From Roseococcus sp. (lineage in GTDB: Bacteria > Pseudomonadota > Alphaproteobacteria > Acetobacterales > Acetobacteraceae): a DNA stretch of 53,096 nucleotides. Positions 35,898-45,864 of the stretch are shown piece by piece. The notes beneath the pieces were generated by a model, which was not told where the DNA came from, ran no database searches, and saw only the letters and a program-made list of their open reading frames with translations. The stretch lies in NCBI GenBank assembly GCA_046291055.1, contig JBKBSR010000001.1, positions 1-53,096 on the forward strand. Direction: 5' to 3'. The position numbers and the translations under genes were made by a program. Each line of letters begins with the position of its first letter. Position 1 is the first letter of the stretch.

Positions 35898-36623
35898 ATG
35901 CCCAACGGCCAGCCCCAGCACATCGTCCGCTCCTACGAGGACGACCTCAAGCGCCTGCGCGAGATGATCGCGCGCATGGGCGGCCTGGCGGAGCGCCAGG
36001 TCGCCGACAGCGCGGAGGCGCTGATCCGCCGCGACACGGACCTCGCGGCCGAGGTGGTCCAGCGCGACGCCCAGCTCGACGAGATGGAGCGCGAGATCGA
36101 GCAGTTCTGCGTGCGCCTCCTGGCGCTGCGCCAGCCCGTGGCGAGCGACCTGCGCCTCATCGTCGCCTGCATGAAGATCAGCCAGGATCTCGAGCGCATC
36201 GGCGACTATGCGCGCAACGGCGCCAAGCGCGCCATCGTGGTGGCGCAGCAGCCCGGCCTCGGCAGCCTCAACGGCTTCGAGCGCATGGCCGAGCTGGTGC
36301 AGGAGAACCTGCGCGACGCGATCGACGCCCTGGTGGAGGACGACGCCGCCAAGGCAGACGCCGTCTGGGCCAACGACGCGCCCATCGACGGCATCTACAA
36401 CGGCATCTTCCGCGAGCTTCTGACCTTCATGATGGAGGATCCGCGGAACATCACGGCGGCGACGCACCTGCTCTTCATCGCGAAGAACATGGAGCGCATC
36501 GGCGACCACGCGACCAACATCGCCGAGCGCGTGCATTACGCGGTGGTGGGCCAGCCGCTCGTCGAGGAGCGCCCGAAGGCGGATGTGTCGGCCTCCGCCG
36601 TGGTGCGTCCGCCGGGCGAATGA
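35898..36623 (+). CDS. phoU: Phosphate signalling protein PhoU
   Basis: RQPVASDLR, DLERIGDYA, MERIGDHATNIAE. Confidence 0.97.
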   Translation: MPNGQPQHIVRSYEDDLKRLREMIARMGGLAERQVADSAEALIRRDTDLAAEVVQRDAQLDEMEREIEQFCVRLLALRQPVASDLRLIVACMKISQDLERIGDYARNGAKRAIVVAQQPGLGSLNGFERMAELVQENLRDAIDALVEDDAAKADAVWANDAPIDGIYNGIFRELLTFMMEDPRNITAATHLLFIAKNMERIGDHATNIAERVHYAVVGQPLVEERPKADVSASAVVRPPGE

Positions 36624-37354
36624 GCAAGGGAGGCGCACGCGTGCCCGAGGGGTTCAACGGGGGCGGCAAGCCGACCATCCTCGTCGTCGAGGACGAGGCG
36701 GCGCTGCTCGCCCTGCTCCGCTACAATCTGGAGCGGCAGGGCTTCCATGTGGAGGAGGCGACGGACGGGCAGGAGGCGCTGCTGCGCATCGCCGAGGCCA
36801 AGCCCGATCTCGTCCTGCTCGACTGGATGCTGCCCGCCATGTCGGGCATCGAGGTCTGCCGCCAGATCCGCCGCCGCCCAGCGACGCGCGACCTTCCGGT
36901 GATCATGGTCACCGCCCGCACCGAGGACCAGGACGCGGTGCGCGCGCTGGACACCGGCGCGGACGACTACATCGCCAAGCCCTTCGCGGTCGAGGCGCTG
37001 ATGGCGCGCATCCGCGCCCTGCTGCGCCGCGCCTCGACCATCGCGGCCAAAGGGTCGCTGACCTACCTCGACCTGACGATGGACCAGGACGCGCACCGCG
37101 TCACGCGCAACGGCCGCGCCCTGCATCTCGGCCCCACGGAGTACCGGCTGCTGGAGTTCTTCCTCTCCCACCCGCGCCGGGTCTTCACGCGCGAGCAGCT
37201 TCTCGACGCCGTCTGGGGCCGCGACATCCATGTGGAGCTGCGCACGGTGGACGTGCACATCCGCCGGCTGCGCAAGGCCATCAACGGCGAGGGCGAGGTG
37301 GACCTGATCCGCACCGTCCGCTCGGCCGGCTACGCGTTGGACGCCGACGGCTGA
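36620..37354 (+). CDS. phoB: Phosphate regulon response regulator PhoB
   Basis: VVEDE, LLDWMLP, GADDYIAKPF, LGPTEYRLL, RTVDVHIRRLRK. Confidence 0.96.
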   Translation: MSKGGARVPEGFNGGGKPTILVVEDEAALLALLRYNLERQGFHVEEATDGQEALLRIAEAKPDLVLLDWMLPAMSGIEVCRQIRRRPATRDLPVIMVTARTEDQDAVRALDTGADDYIAKPFAVEALMARIRALLRRASTIAAKGSLTYLDLTMDQDAHRVTRNGRALHLGPTEYRLLEFFLSHPRRVFTREQLLDAVWGRDIHVELRTVDVHIRRLRKAINGEGEVDLIRTVRSAGYALDADG

Positions 37355-37438
37355 CGCCGCCGGCTTGACCACTGGCGGCGGGCGTGGTTCCGCCGCCCGG
37401 CCCGCCCGCCCTCGCGGCGCGGCCCGAGAGGTGGCCTC

Positions 37439-38209
37439 ATGCGCGTCCCGACCCCCCATCCCCCGCCCGGCATCTTCGGCCAGAACCGCGCCGTCCTGAC
37501 GCCGCACTACTGCGTCTTCCCGCCCGAGGGGATCATGGACAGCCTGCTGCCGAACTGGCCGGGCTGCATCGTCCGTTTCCAGACCACGCCGCAGATGGGC
37601 GCGCGCTTCGCCCAGGCGCTGCTGATCCTGCCGCCCGGAATGGGCAGCGCGGGTGCGGTCGACGACGGGGTGCAGGCCTTCCTCTACGTGCAGCAGGGCG
37701 TGCTGGAGGTGACCATCGAGGGCGCGGCGCACCGCCTCGCGCCCGGCGGCTATGTCTATGTCCCGCAGGGCCTGCCCTATGCCGCGCGCAATGCGGGCGA
37801 CGGCGAGGCGCGCGCCATCTGGGTGCGCAAGCGCTACCAGCCCGCGGCGGGCGTGCCCGCCCCGCGCGTCATCCTCGGCCACCGCGACAGCGCGCCGCGC
37901 GAGGACAGCGGGCCGCGCTGGCGCCATCTCCTGCTCGGGACGCGGGAGATGGCCATGGACTTCGAGATGAACATCATGTGCTACGCCCCCGGCGCGCATT
38001 TCTGGTGCGTGGAGACGCACATCATGGAGCACGGCATGGTCATGCTGCAGGGCCAGGCCCTGCAGCTCCTCGGCCGCGACTGGCACGAGCTCTGGACCGG
38101 GGATTTCGTCTGGATGGGGCCCTATGTGCCGCAGCAGATCTACGCCATCGGCCCCGAGGTCTGCGAATACCTGCTCTACAAGGACGTGAACCGGGACGTG
38201 GCCCTGTAA
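37439..38209 (+). CDS. allE: (S)-ureidoglycine aminohydrolase (bicupin, YlbA family)
   Basis: Two cupin domains; ETHIMEHG, GDFVWMGPY.PQ, YLLYKDVNRD. Confidence 0.85.
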   Translation: MRVPTPHPPPGIFGQNRAVLTPHYCVFPPEGIMDSLLPNWPGCIVRFQTTPQMGARFAQALLILPPGMGSAGAVDDGVQAFLYVQQGVLEVTIEGAAHRLAPGGYVYVPQGLPYAARNAGDGEARAIWVRKRYQPAAGVPAPRVILGHRDSAPREDSGPRWRHLLLGTREMAMDFEMNIMCYAPGAHFWCVETHIMEHGMVMLQGQALQLLGRDWHELWTGDFVWMGPYVPQQIYAIGPEVCEYLLYKDVNRDVAL

Positions 38210-38228
38210 GCGGCGTTGCCGCGCCCCG

Positions 38229-38258
38229 TTGACAGGGGCGCGCGCCCGGTCGGATGCT
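38229..38258 (+). promoter_or_regulatory. Putative sigma70 promoter of the beta-oxidation genes
   Basis: TTGACA(38229-34)-N18-GATGCT. The -35 sits inside a GCGCCCC/GGGGCGC inverted repeat. Confidence 0.45.
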
Positions 38259-38292
38259 CCCCGCGACCAGGAAGGACAAGCGGGGAACGCCC

Positions 38293-40377
38293 ATGCTCGA
38301 AGAGCGCTTCGTGGAGCACGCGCGCGACGGCGACGTGCACATCCTGCGCATCGCCAATCCGCCGGTGAATACGCTGCGCACCGGCGTGCGCGCCGGGCTG
38401 CACGAGGGCATCGCCGCCGCGCTGCGCGAGGGTGCGCGCGCCATCGTGCTGATCGGCGCGGGGCGCATGTTCTCGGCCGGCGCGGAGATGACGGAGTTCA
38501 ACAAGCCCCGCCAGCCGCCCTCCCTGCCCGAGGTGTTCGACGCGATCGAGACGAGCAAGGCGCCCGTCGTCGCCGCCATCCACGGCAGCGCGCTGGGCGG
38601 CGGGCTCGAACTCGCCCTGGCCTGCCATGCGCGCGTGGCCGCGCCCGGCGCCATGCTCGGCCTGCCCGAGGTGAAGCGCGGCTTCGTGCCCGGCGCCGGC
38701 GGCACCCAGCGCCTGCCGCGCCTGATCGGCGGCGAGGCGGCGCTGCGCATGATCGTCAGCGGCGAGCCGGTGACGGCGGCCGAGGCCCTGGCGCTCGGCT
38801 TCGTGGACGCGGTGCTGGAGGGGCCGCTCGAGGCCGCCGCGGTGGAGTGGGCGCGGGCGAACGCCGGGCGCAGCTTCACCCTCGCCCGCAAGCGCGAGGA
38901 CAAGGTGAAGGGCGCGGACCTCGCGGCCTTCGACGCGCTCGCGGCATCGCTGCTCAAGCGCACGCGCGGCCAGGAAAGCCCGAAAGGCTGCGCGGCCGCG
39001 GTGCGCGCGGCGCTGACCTCGAGCTTCGAGGACGGGCTCAACACCGAGCGCGAGATCTTCACGAAGCTGGTGAACGGCGAGCAGAGCTTCGCGCTGCGCC
39101 ACATCTTCTTCGGCGAGCGCGAAGCGAGCCGCGTGCCCGACATGCCGCCCGAAACGCACCCGCTGCCGGTGAAGAAGGCGGTGGTGATCGGCGCGGGCAC
39201 CATGGGCGGCGGCATCGCCATGAGCTTCGCCAACCACGGCATCCCCGTCACGGTGGTCGAGCAGTCGGCCGAGGCGCTGGAGCGCGGGCTCAAGCGCTGC
39301 GAGGCGAACTGGGAGCGCACCGTGGCCTCCGGCAAGCTCTCGGCCGAGGAGTATGCGAAGCGCCGCGCGCTCCTCTCCGGCAGCACGGACTGGAACGCGG
39401 TCAAGGAGGCGGACCTCGTGATCGAGGCCGTCTTCGAGGACATGGCGGTGAAGAAGGAGGTGTTCGCCAAGCTCGATGCGCTGGCGCGGCCCGGCGTGGT
39501 GCTCGCCTCCAACACCTCCACCCTCGACATCGACGCCATCGCCGCCGCCACGAAGCGGCCCGAGCTGGTGCTCGGGATGCACTTCTTCTCGCCGGCGAAC
39601 GTCATGCGCCTGCTCGAGATCGTGCGCGGCAGGGCCACCTCCTTCGAGGCCATCGCCACCGCGATGGACGTGGGCAAGCGCATCGGCAAGGTGAACGTGG
39701 TCGTCGGCAACTGCGATGGCTTCGTGGGCAACCGCATGACGGGCAAGCGCGGCTTCCAGCTCGAGCGGCTGCTGCTCGAGGGCGCGCTGCCGCAGGACAT
39801 TGACCGCGTGATGGAGGCCTATGGCATGGCCATGGGCCCCTGCGCGACCGGCGACCTCGCCGGGCTCGACATCGGGGCGGCGGTGCGCCGCGCGCGCGGC
39901 ACGGTGGCGCCCATCGCGGATGCGCTGGTGGCCGCGGGCCGGTACGGGCAGAAGACGGGCAAGGGCTGGTATCTCTACGACGAGAAGCGCCAGCGCCATC
40001 CGGACCCGGAGGTGGAGCGCCTCATCCTCGACATGAGCGAGAAGATGCAGGTGCGGCGGCGCAAGATCGAGGACGCGGAAATCCTGGAGCGGCTGCTGCT
40101 GCCCATGGTGAACGAGGGCGCGCGCATCCTCGAGGAGGGCATCGCCTCCCGCGCGGTGGACATCGACGTGATCTTCGTCAACGGCTTCGGCTGGCCCGCC
40201 TGGCGCGGCGGCCCGATGTTCTGGGCGGACCGCATGGGCCTCAAGGCGGTGCGCGACAAGCTCGCGCGCTACGCCGAGGCCACGGGCGATGCGAACCTCA
40301 AGCCCGCCGCCCTGATCGAGAAGCTGGCCGCCGAGGGCGGCAGCTTCGCCAGCCTCCACGCCAAGCGCGCCGCCTGA
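38293..40377 (+). CDS. Bifunctional enoyl-CoA hydratase / 3-hydroxyacyl-CoA dehydrogenase (PimF-like)
   Basis: NPPVN, FSAGAE, LGGGLELALAC, PEV..G..PGAGGTQRLPR; VIGAGTMGGGI, IEAVFE, ASNTSTL, GMHFFSPA. Confidence 0.93.
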   Translation: MLEERFVEHARDGDVHILRIANPPVNTLRTGVRAGLHEGIAAALREGARAIVLIGAGRMFSAGAEMTEFNKPRQPPSLPEVFDAIETSKAPVVAAIHGSALGGGLELALACHARVAAPGAMLGLPEVKRGFVPGAGGTQRLPRLIGGEAALRMIVSGEPVTAAEALALGFVDAVLEGPLEAAAVEWARANAGRSFTLARKREDKVKGADLAAFDALAASLLKRTRGQESPKGCAAAVRAALTSSFEDGLNTEREIFTKLVNGEQSFALRHIFFGEREASRVPDMPPETHPLPVKKAVVIGAGTMGGGIAMSFANHGIPVTVVEQSAEALERGLKRCEANWERTVASGKLSAEEYAKRRALLSGSTDWNAVKEADLVIEAVFEDMAVKKEVFAKLDALARPGVVLASNTSTLDIDAIAAATKRPELVLGMHFFSPANVMRLLEIVRGRATSFEAIATAMDVGKRIGKVNVVVGNCDGFVGNRMTGKRGFQLERLLLEGALPQDIDRVMEAYGMAMGPCATGDLAGLDIGAAVRRARGTVAPIADALVAAGRYGQKTGKGWYLYDEKRQRHPDPEVERLILDMSEKMQVRRRKIEDAEILERLLLPMVNEGARILEEGIASRAVDIDVIFVNGFGWPAWRGGPMFWADRMGLKAVRDKLARYAEATGDANLKPAALIEKLAAEGGSFASLHAKRAA

Positions 40378-40389
40378 GGAGCGACACAG

Positions 40390-41592
40390 ATGGAACTCCG
40401 CTTCACTGACGCCGAGCGCGCCTTCCGCGAGGAAGTGCGCGCCTTCCTCGCCGCCGAATGCCCCGAGGCGACGCGCCGGCACATGATCGCCGGCAAATCC
40501 CCCACCAAGCAGATGGTGGTGGAGTGGCAGCGCAAGCTGAACGCGCGCGGCTGGGCAACGCCGGAATGGCCGGTGGAGCATGGCGGCCCCGGCTGGACCC
40601 CCGCGCAGAAGTACATCTTCCGCGAGGAGCTGCAGATGTGGCCCGCGCCGCAGCCGCTCGCCTTCAACGTGAACATGTGCGGGCCGGTCATCATCGAGTT
40701 CGGCACGGAGGCGCAGAAGAAGCGCTTCCTGCCGCGCATGGCCAACCTGGACGACTGGTGGTGCCAGGGCTTCTCCGAGCCCGGCGCGGGCTCGGACCTC
40801 GCCGGGCTCAAGTGCCGCGCGGTGCGGGACGGCGACCACTACATCGTGAACGGCCAGAAGACCTGGACGACGCTGGCCCAGCACGCGGACTGGATCTTCA
40901 CCCTGGTGCGCACCGATCCGAACGCGAAGAAGCAGGAGGGCATCTCCTTCCTGCTCATTGACATGAAGAGCCCGGGCATCACCGTGCGCCCGATCATCAC
41001 GATCGAGGGCGGGCACGAGGTGAACGAGGTCTTCTTCGACGAGGTGCGCGTGCCGGTGGAGAACCTGGTCGGCGAGGAGAACAAGGGCTGGGACTGCGCG
41101 AAGTTCCTGCTCGGCAACGAGCGCTTCGGCCAGGCGCGCGTCGGCGCCTCGCGCGAGCGCATCCGCCGCCTCAAGACCATCGCGCGCGAGACGCTGGATG
41201 GCGGCCGCCCCCTGATCGAGGATCCCGAGTTCCGCCGCCAGATCACCGAGATGGAGGTGGAGCTGAAGGCGCTGGAGATGACGGTGATGCGCGTCATCGC
41301 CAACGAGACGAAGCGCGCCGGGACCGGCAAGCCCGACCCCGCGACCAGCGTGCTCAAGATCAAGGGCACCGAAATCCAGCAGGGTGTGGCGGAGCTGCTG
41401 ATGAAGGCGGCCGGCCCCTATGCCTGGGTGGACGGCGATCCGGACGCGGAGGGCAGCAACGAGTGGGACGTGGCGCCCGACTGGGCCTTCGGCCTGGCAG
41501 GCGTCTATTTCAACTGGCGCAAGCAGAGCATCTACGGCGGGTCGAACGAGATCCAGCGCAACATCATGGCCAAGGCCTTCCTGGGACTGTGA
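40390..41592 (+). CDS. pimC: Acyl-CoA dehydrogenase, pimeloyl-CoA dehydrogenase large subunit-like
   Basis: WWCQGFSEPGAGSDLA, NGQKTWTTLAQHADW, HEVNEVFFD, SIYGGSNEIQRNI. Confidence 0.8.
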   Translation: MELRFTDAERAFREEVRAFLAAECPEATRRHMIAGKSPTKQMVVEWQRKLNARGWATPEWPVEHGGPGWTPAQKYIFREELQMWPAPQPLAFNVNMCGPVIIEFGTEAQKKRFLPRMANLDDWWCQGFSEPGAGSDLAGLKCRAVRDGDHYIVNGQKTWTTLAQHADWIFTLVRTDPNAKKQEGISFLLIDMKSPGITVRPIITIEGGHEVNEVFFDEVRVPVENLVGEENKGWDCAKFLLGNERFGQARVGASRERIRRLKTIARETLDGGRPLIEDPEFRRQITEMEVELKALEMTVMRVIANETKRAGTGKPDPATSVLKIKGTEIQQGVAELLMKAAGPYAWVDGDPDAEGSNEWDVAPDWAFGLAGVYFNWRKQSIYGGSNEIQRNIMAKAFLGL

Positions 41593-41599
41593 GGACGAC

Positions 41600-42745
41600 A
41601 TGGATTTCGACCTGAACGAATCCCAGGCGCTTCTGCAGGACAGCCTGCGCCGCCTGCTGGCGGACAAGTACGGCTTCGAGAATCGCAAGGCCTACATGGC
41701 GAGCGAGACGGGCTGGAGCCGCGAGGTCTGGGCGCAGTATGCCGAGCTCGGCCTGCTCGGGCTTCCCTTCGCCGAAGAGGATGGCGGCTTCGGCGGCGGG
41801 GGCGAGGAGACCATGATCGTCGCCGAGCAGATGGGCCGGCACATCACGCTGGAGCCCTGGTTCAGCACCGTGGTGCTGGGCGGCGGCTTCCTGCGCCACG
41901 GGGCGGAGGCCGCGCTGCGGCGGGAGATGGTGGGCCACATCGCCGCGGGCGAGCTGCTGCTGGCCTTCGCCCAGCAGGAGCGGCAGTCCCGCTACGACCT
42001 GTTCGACGTGCTGACCACGGCGAAGAAGGACGGCAGCGGCTGGGCGATCTCGGGCCGCAAGGGCATGGTGCTGCACGGCGACACGGCCGATCACTTCGTC
42101 GTCACCGCGCGCATGGCCGGCGGCCAGCGCGACCGCATGGGCATCGGCGTCTTCCTCGTGCCCGCCAGGGGCCAGGGCGTCTCGGTGCGGGGCTTCCGCC
42201 AGGTGGATGGAACCCGCGCGGCGGAGGTGGAGTTCGCCGGCGCCCACGCCACCCACCTTCTGGGAGAGGGCGAGAACGGCCTCGCCCTGGTGGACCGGGT
42301 GGTGGACGAGGCCATCGCCGCGCTCGCCGCCGAGGCGGTGGGCGCTATGGACGTCGTCCACGCCATGACCGTGGACTACATGAAGACGCGTCAGCAGTTC
42401 GGCAAACCCATCGGCAGTTTCCAGGCGCTGCAGCACCGGGCCGCCGACATGCTGGTGGCGCTGGAGCAGGCCCGCAGCATGGCCTACTTCGCCACCATGG
42501 CCGCGCGCGAGGAGGATGCGCTGGAGCGCCGCCGCAACATGCATGCGGTGAAGGCGCAGATCGGCCGCGCCCAGCGTTTCGTGGGGCAGCAGAGCATCCA
42601 GCTCCATGGCGGCATCGCCATGACCATGGAGTATGCCGCGGGCCACTACTTCAAGCGCCTCACCGTGAACGAGGCGGCCTTCGGCGACACCGACTTCCAC
42701 CTGCGCGCGCTGGCGGACATGGGGGGCCTGGTCCAGGCGGCCTGA
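41600..42745 (+). CDS. pimD: Acyl-CoA dehydrogenase, pimeloyl-CoA dehydrogenase small subunit-like
   Basis: MDFDL, LGLLGLPFAEEDGGFGGG, RQQFGKPIGSFQALQHRAADM, IQLHGGIAMTME. Paired with the pimC-like gene. Confidence 0.8.
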   Translation: MDFDLNESQALLQDSLRRLLADKYGFENRKAYMASETGWSREVWAQYAELGLLGLPFAEEDGGFGGGGEETMIVAEQMGRHITLEPWFSTVVLGGGFLRHGAEAALRREMVGHIAAGELLLAFAQQERQSRYDLFDVLTTAKKDGSGWAISGRKGMVLHGDTADHFVVTARMAGGQRDRMGIGVFLVPARGQGVSVRGFRQVDGTRAAEVEFAGAHATHLLGEGENGLALVDRVVDEAIAALAAEAVGAMDVVHAMTVDYMKTRQQFGKPIGSFQALQHRAADMLVALEQARSMAYFATMAAREEDALERRRNMHAVKAQIGRAQRFVGQQSIQLHGGIAMTMEYAAGHYFKRLTVNEAAFGDTDFHLRALADMGGLVQAA

Positions 42746-42804
42746 AATCCGTTGCGGCCGGCGCGGCCGCTTGCTTGGATGCCGCCGGAACGAGGAGGCA
42801 TCCC

Positions 42805-44019
42805 ATGACCCTGATCCTGCGCCGCCGCGCGGCGCTGCTCGGCGCCGCCGCCACGCTCGCCGCCCCCGCCGTCCGGGCGCAGGAAGGCCCGATCCGAATC
42901 GGCGAGATCAACTCCTACTCCGCCCAGCCCGCCTTCCTGGTGCCCTACCGCAACGCCTGGATCCTGGCGCAGGAGGAGGTGAACGCCGCCGGCGGCATCA
43001 ATGGCCGGCGCATCGAGACGGTCTTCCGCGACGACGGCGGCCGGCCGGAGGATGCTGTGCGCCACGCCGGCGAACTCGTGAACAGCGAGCGGGTGCACCT
43101 GCTGGCGGGCGCCTTCCTCTCCCACATCGGCCTCGCCATCGCGGATTTCGCCAACCAGAACCGCCGCCTCTTCGTCGCCTCCGAGCCGCTGACCGACGCG
43201 CTGGTCTGGGCGCGCGGCAACCGTTTCACCTTCCGCCTGCGCCCCTCCACATACATGCAGTGCGCCATGCTGGTGGAGGAGGCGGCGAAGCTGCCCGCCC
43301 GCCGCTGGGCCACGGTGGCGCCCAACTACGAATACGGCCAGTCCGCCGTGCGCTGGTTCAAGGAGCTGCTGACGCGCGCCAAGCCCGATGTGACCTTCGT
43401 GGCCGAGCAGTTCCCCGCGCTCGGGCGCATCGACGCGGGCGCCACCGTGCAGGCGCTGGCGGGCGCGAATCCGGAGGGCATCTTCAACGTCACCTTCGGC
43501 GCGGACCTGACGAACTTCGTCCGCCAGGGCTCCACGCGCGGGCTGTTCGAGCGCCGCCGCGTCGTCTCGCTGCTGACGGGCGAGCCGGAATACCTCGATC
43601 CGCTCGGCGACGAGGCGCCCGAGAACTGGATCGTCACCGGCTATCCCTGGGCGGAGCTGAACACGCCCGGCCATGTGCGCTTCCGCGAAGCCTATCGCCG
43701 GCGCTTCAACGATTATCCGCGCCTCGGCTCCGTCGTGGCCTATGACACGGTGACGGCCATCGTCGCCATGCTGCGCCGCGCCGGCTCCACCGACACGGAG
43801 CGGATGATCGAGGCGATGCGCGGGCTGCGCTTCCCCACCGCCTTCGGCGAGGCGGAGGTGGAGTTCCGCGCCATAGACCACCAGTCCACGCTCGGCGCCT
43901 ATGTCGGGCGCACGGCGCTGCGCCAGGGCAGGGGCGTGATGGTGGACTGGCGCTACGCCGACGGGCGCAACTACCTGCCCTCCGACGAGGTGGTGCGCAC
44001 GCTGCGCCCGCAGGGGTAA
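42805..44019 (+). CDS. Liv-type (branched-chain amino acid/amide family) ABC substrate-binding protein
   Basis: Tat-like RRRAAL signal, IRIGEINSY, VNAAGGING, PNYEYGQ; AGGAGG SD. Confidence 0.9.
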   Translation: MTLILRRRAALLGAAATLAAPAVRAQEGPIRIGEINSYSAQPAFLVPYRNAWILAQEEVNAAGGINGRRIETVFRDDGGRPEDAVRHAGELVNSERVHLLAGAFLSHIGLAIADFANQNRRLFVASEPLTDALVWARGNRFTFRLRPSTYMQCAMLVEEAAKLPARRWATVAPNYEYGQSAVRWFKELLTRAKPDVTFVAEQFPALGRIDAGATVQALAGANPEGIFNVTFGADLTNFVRQGSTRGLFERRRVVSLLTGEPEYLDPLGDEAPENWIVTGYPWAELNTPGHVRFREAYRRRFNDYPRLGSVVAYDTVTAIVAMLRRAGSTDTERMIEAMRGLRFPTAFGEAEVEFRAIDHQSTLGAYVGRTALRQGRGVMVDWRYADGRNYLPSDEVVRTLRPQG

Positions 44020-44025
44020 CGCCGC

Positions 44026-45864
44026 TTGTTCGAGAATCTGCTGGTGCAGGGCCTCTCCGGCCTTGCATCCGCCTCCTCGCTGTTCCTCGTCGCCTCCGGG
44101 CTGACGGTGATTTTCGGCGTCACGCGCATCGTGAACTTCGCGCATGGCAGCCTCTACATGCTCGGCGCCTATCTCGCCTGGACGCTGGTGACGAGCCTGC
44201 CGCGCGGGCACTTCGGCTTCTGGGGCGGGGTGCTGGCGGCCGCGCTGATCGTGGGCGTCGTCGGCATGCTGATCGAGGTGCTGCTGCTGCGCCGCATCTA
44301 CCGCGCGCCGGAGCTCTTCCAGCTTCTGGCCACCTTCGGGGTGGTGCTGATCGTGCAGGATCTCGCGCTGATGATCTGGGGCCCGCAGGATCTGCTCGGC
44401 CCCCGCGCACCCGGCCTGCGGGGGGCGACCGAGATCCTCGGCGTGCGCTTCCCGCTCTACGAGCTCTTCCTGATCTTCGTGGGGCCCGTGGTGCTCGGCC
44501 TGCTGTGGCTGCTGTTCCACCGCACGCGCTGGGGCACGCGCGTGCGCGCCGCGACGGCGGACCGCGAGATGGTGGGCGCGCTGGGCGTGAACCAGCGGAT
44601 GCTGTTCACCACCGTCTTCTTCCTGGGCTCGGTGCTGGCGGGGCTGGGCGGCGCGCTGCAGCTCCCGCGCGAGAGCGTGAACCTGCAGATGGACCTCGCC
44701 ATCATCGCCGAGGCCTTCGTCGTCGTCGTCATCGGCGGGCTGGGCTCGCTGCCGGGCGCCTTCCTCGCCGCGCTGCTGATCGGGCAGATGCAGGCCTTCG
44801 GCATTCTGATCTTCCCCAAGATCACGCTGGTGCTGGCCTTCCTGGTGATGGCGGTGGTGCTGATCCTGAGGCCCTATGGGCTGCTCGGCCGGCCGCCCGC
44901 CTCGGCCCATGCCGCGCAGGTGGTGGAGCCGCCCTACCCGCCGACCTCGCCCGCCTTGCGCGCGCTCGGCTTCGCGGCGCTCGCGCTGGCGCTGCTCCTG
45001 CCGCCCTTCCTCGGCGATTTCGCGCTGATCGTGTTCACCGAGATCGCGATCATGGTGCTCTTCGCCGCCTCGCTGCACTTCATCATGGGGCCGGGCGGCA
45101 TGGCGAGCTTCGGGCACGCGGCCTATTTCGGCCTCGGCGCCTATGGCGCGGCGCTGCTGGTGAAGCATCTTGCCGCGCCGATGGAGCTGGGGCTGCTCGC
45201 CGCGCCCTTCGCGGCCGGCATGGCGGGGGTGGTGTTCGGCTGGTTCTGCGTGCGGCTCTCGGGCGTCTATGCCGCGATGCTGACGCTGGCCTTCGCGCAG
45301 ATCGCCTGGTCCGCGGCCTTCCAGTGGGTGGAGCTGACGGGGGGAGACAACGGCATCCTCGGCGTCTGGCCGAGCGACTGGGCGCGGAACAAGCTCGCCT
45401 ACTACTACCTGGCGCTGGCGCTGTGCCTCGGCGCGACGCTGCTGCTGCGCCGCGCGATCATGGCGCCCTTCGGCTACGCGCTGCGCGCGGGGCGGGATTC
45501 GCCGCTGCGCGCCGAAGCGATCGGCATGGACGGCTTCCGCATCCGCTGGGTGGCCTTCATTCTCGCGGCGGTGGCGGCGGGCATCGCGGGCGGGCTCTTC
45601 GCCTATGCCAAGGGCAGCGTCTTTCCCACCTACATGGCCATCCCGCGCAGCGTGGACGCGCTGCTGATGGTGCTGCTGGGCGGCGTGCAGACGCTCTCGG
45701 GCCCCATCCTCGGCGCGCTGGCCTACACCTGGATCCATGAGCAGCTCATGCGGCTCTTCGAGCTGTGGCGGCTGCTGCTCGGCGCGGTGATCCTGCTGCT
45801 GGTGCTGTTCTTCCCGCAGGGCCTGGCGGGCGCGGCGCAGCGCGCGGCGGAGAGGCGCGCATGA
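44026..45864 (+). CDS. Fused LivH/LivM-type ABC permease
   Basis: TTG start; GVTRIVNFAHG, VVIGGLGSLPGA; second half SFGHAAYFGLGAY, TGGDNG, LLGGVQTLSGP. Confidence 0.9.
   Translation: MFENLLVQGLSGLASASSLFLVASGLTVIFGVTRIVNFAHGSLYMLGAYLAWTLVTSLPRGHFGFWGGVLAAALIVGVVGMLIEVLLLRRIYRAPELFQLLATFGVVLIVQDLALMIWGPQDLLGPRAPGLRGATEILGVRFPLYELFLIFVGPVVLGLLWLLFHRTRWGTRVRAATADREMVGALGVNQRMLFTTVFFLGSVLAGLGGALQLPRESVNLQMDLAIIAEAFVVVVIGGLGSLPGAFLAALLIGQMQAFGILIFPKITLVLAFLVMAVVLILRPYGLLGRPPASAHAAQVVEPPYPPTSPALRALGFAALALALLLPPFLGDFALIVFTEIAIMVLFAASLHFIMGPGGMASFGHAAYFGLGAYGAALLVKHLAAPMELGLLAAPFAAGMAGVVFGWFCVRLSGVYAAMLTLAFAQIAWSAAFQWVELTGGDNGILGVWPSDWARNKLAYYYLALALCLGATLLLRRAIMAPFGYALRAGRDSPLRAEAIGMDGFRIRWVAFILAAVAAGIAGGLFAYAKGSVFPTYMAIPRSVDALLMVLLGGVQTLSGPILGALAYTWIHEQLMRLFELWRLLLGAVILLLVLFFPQGLAGAAQRAAERRA

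Noticed and set aside
42754-42776. Hairpin GCGGCCG-gcg-CGGCCGC after pimD as a terminator
   Set aside because: Short stem and weak U tract; indistinguishable from background or a promoter element.
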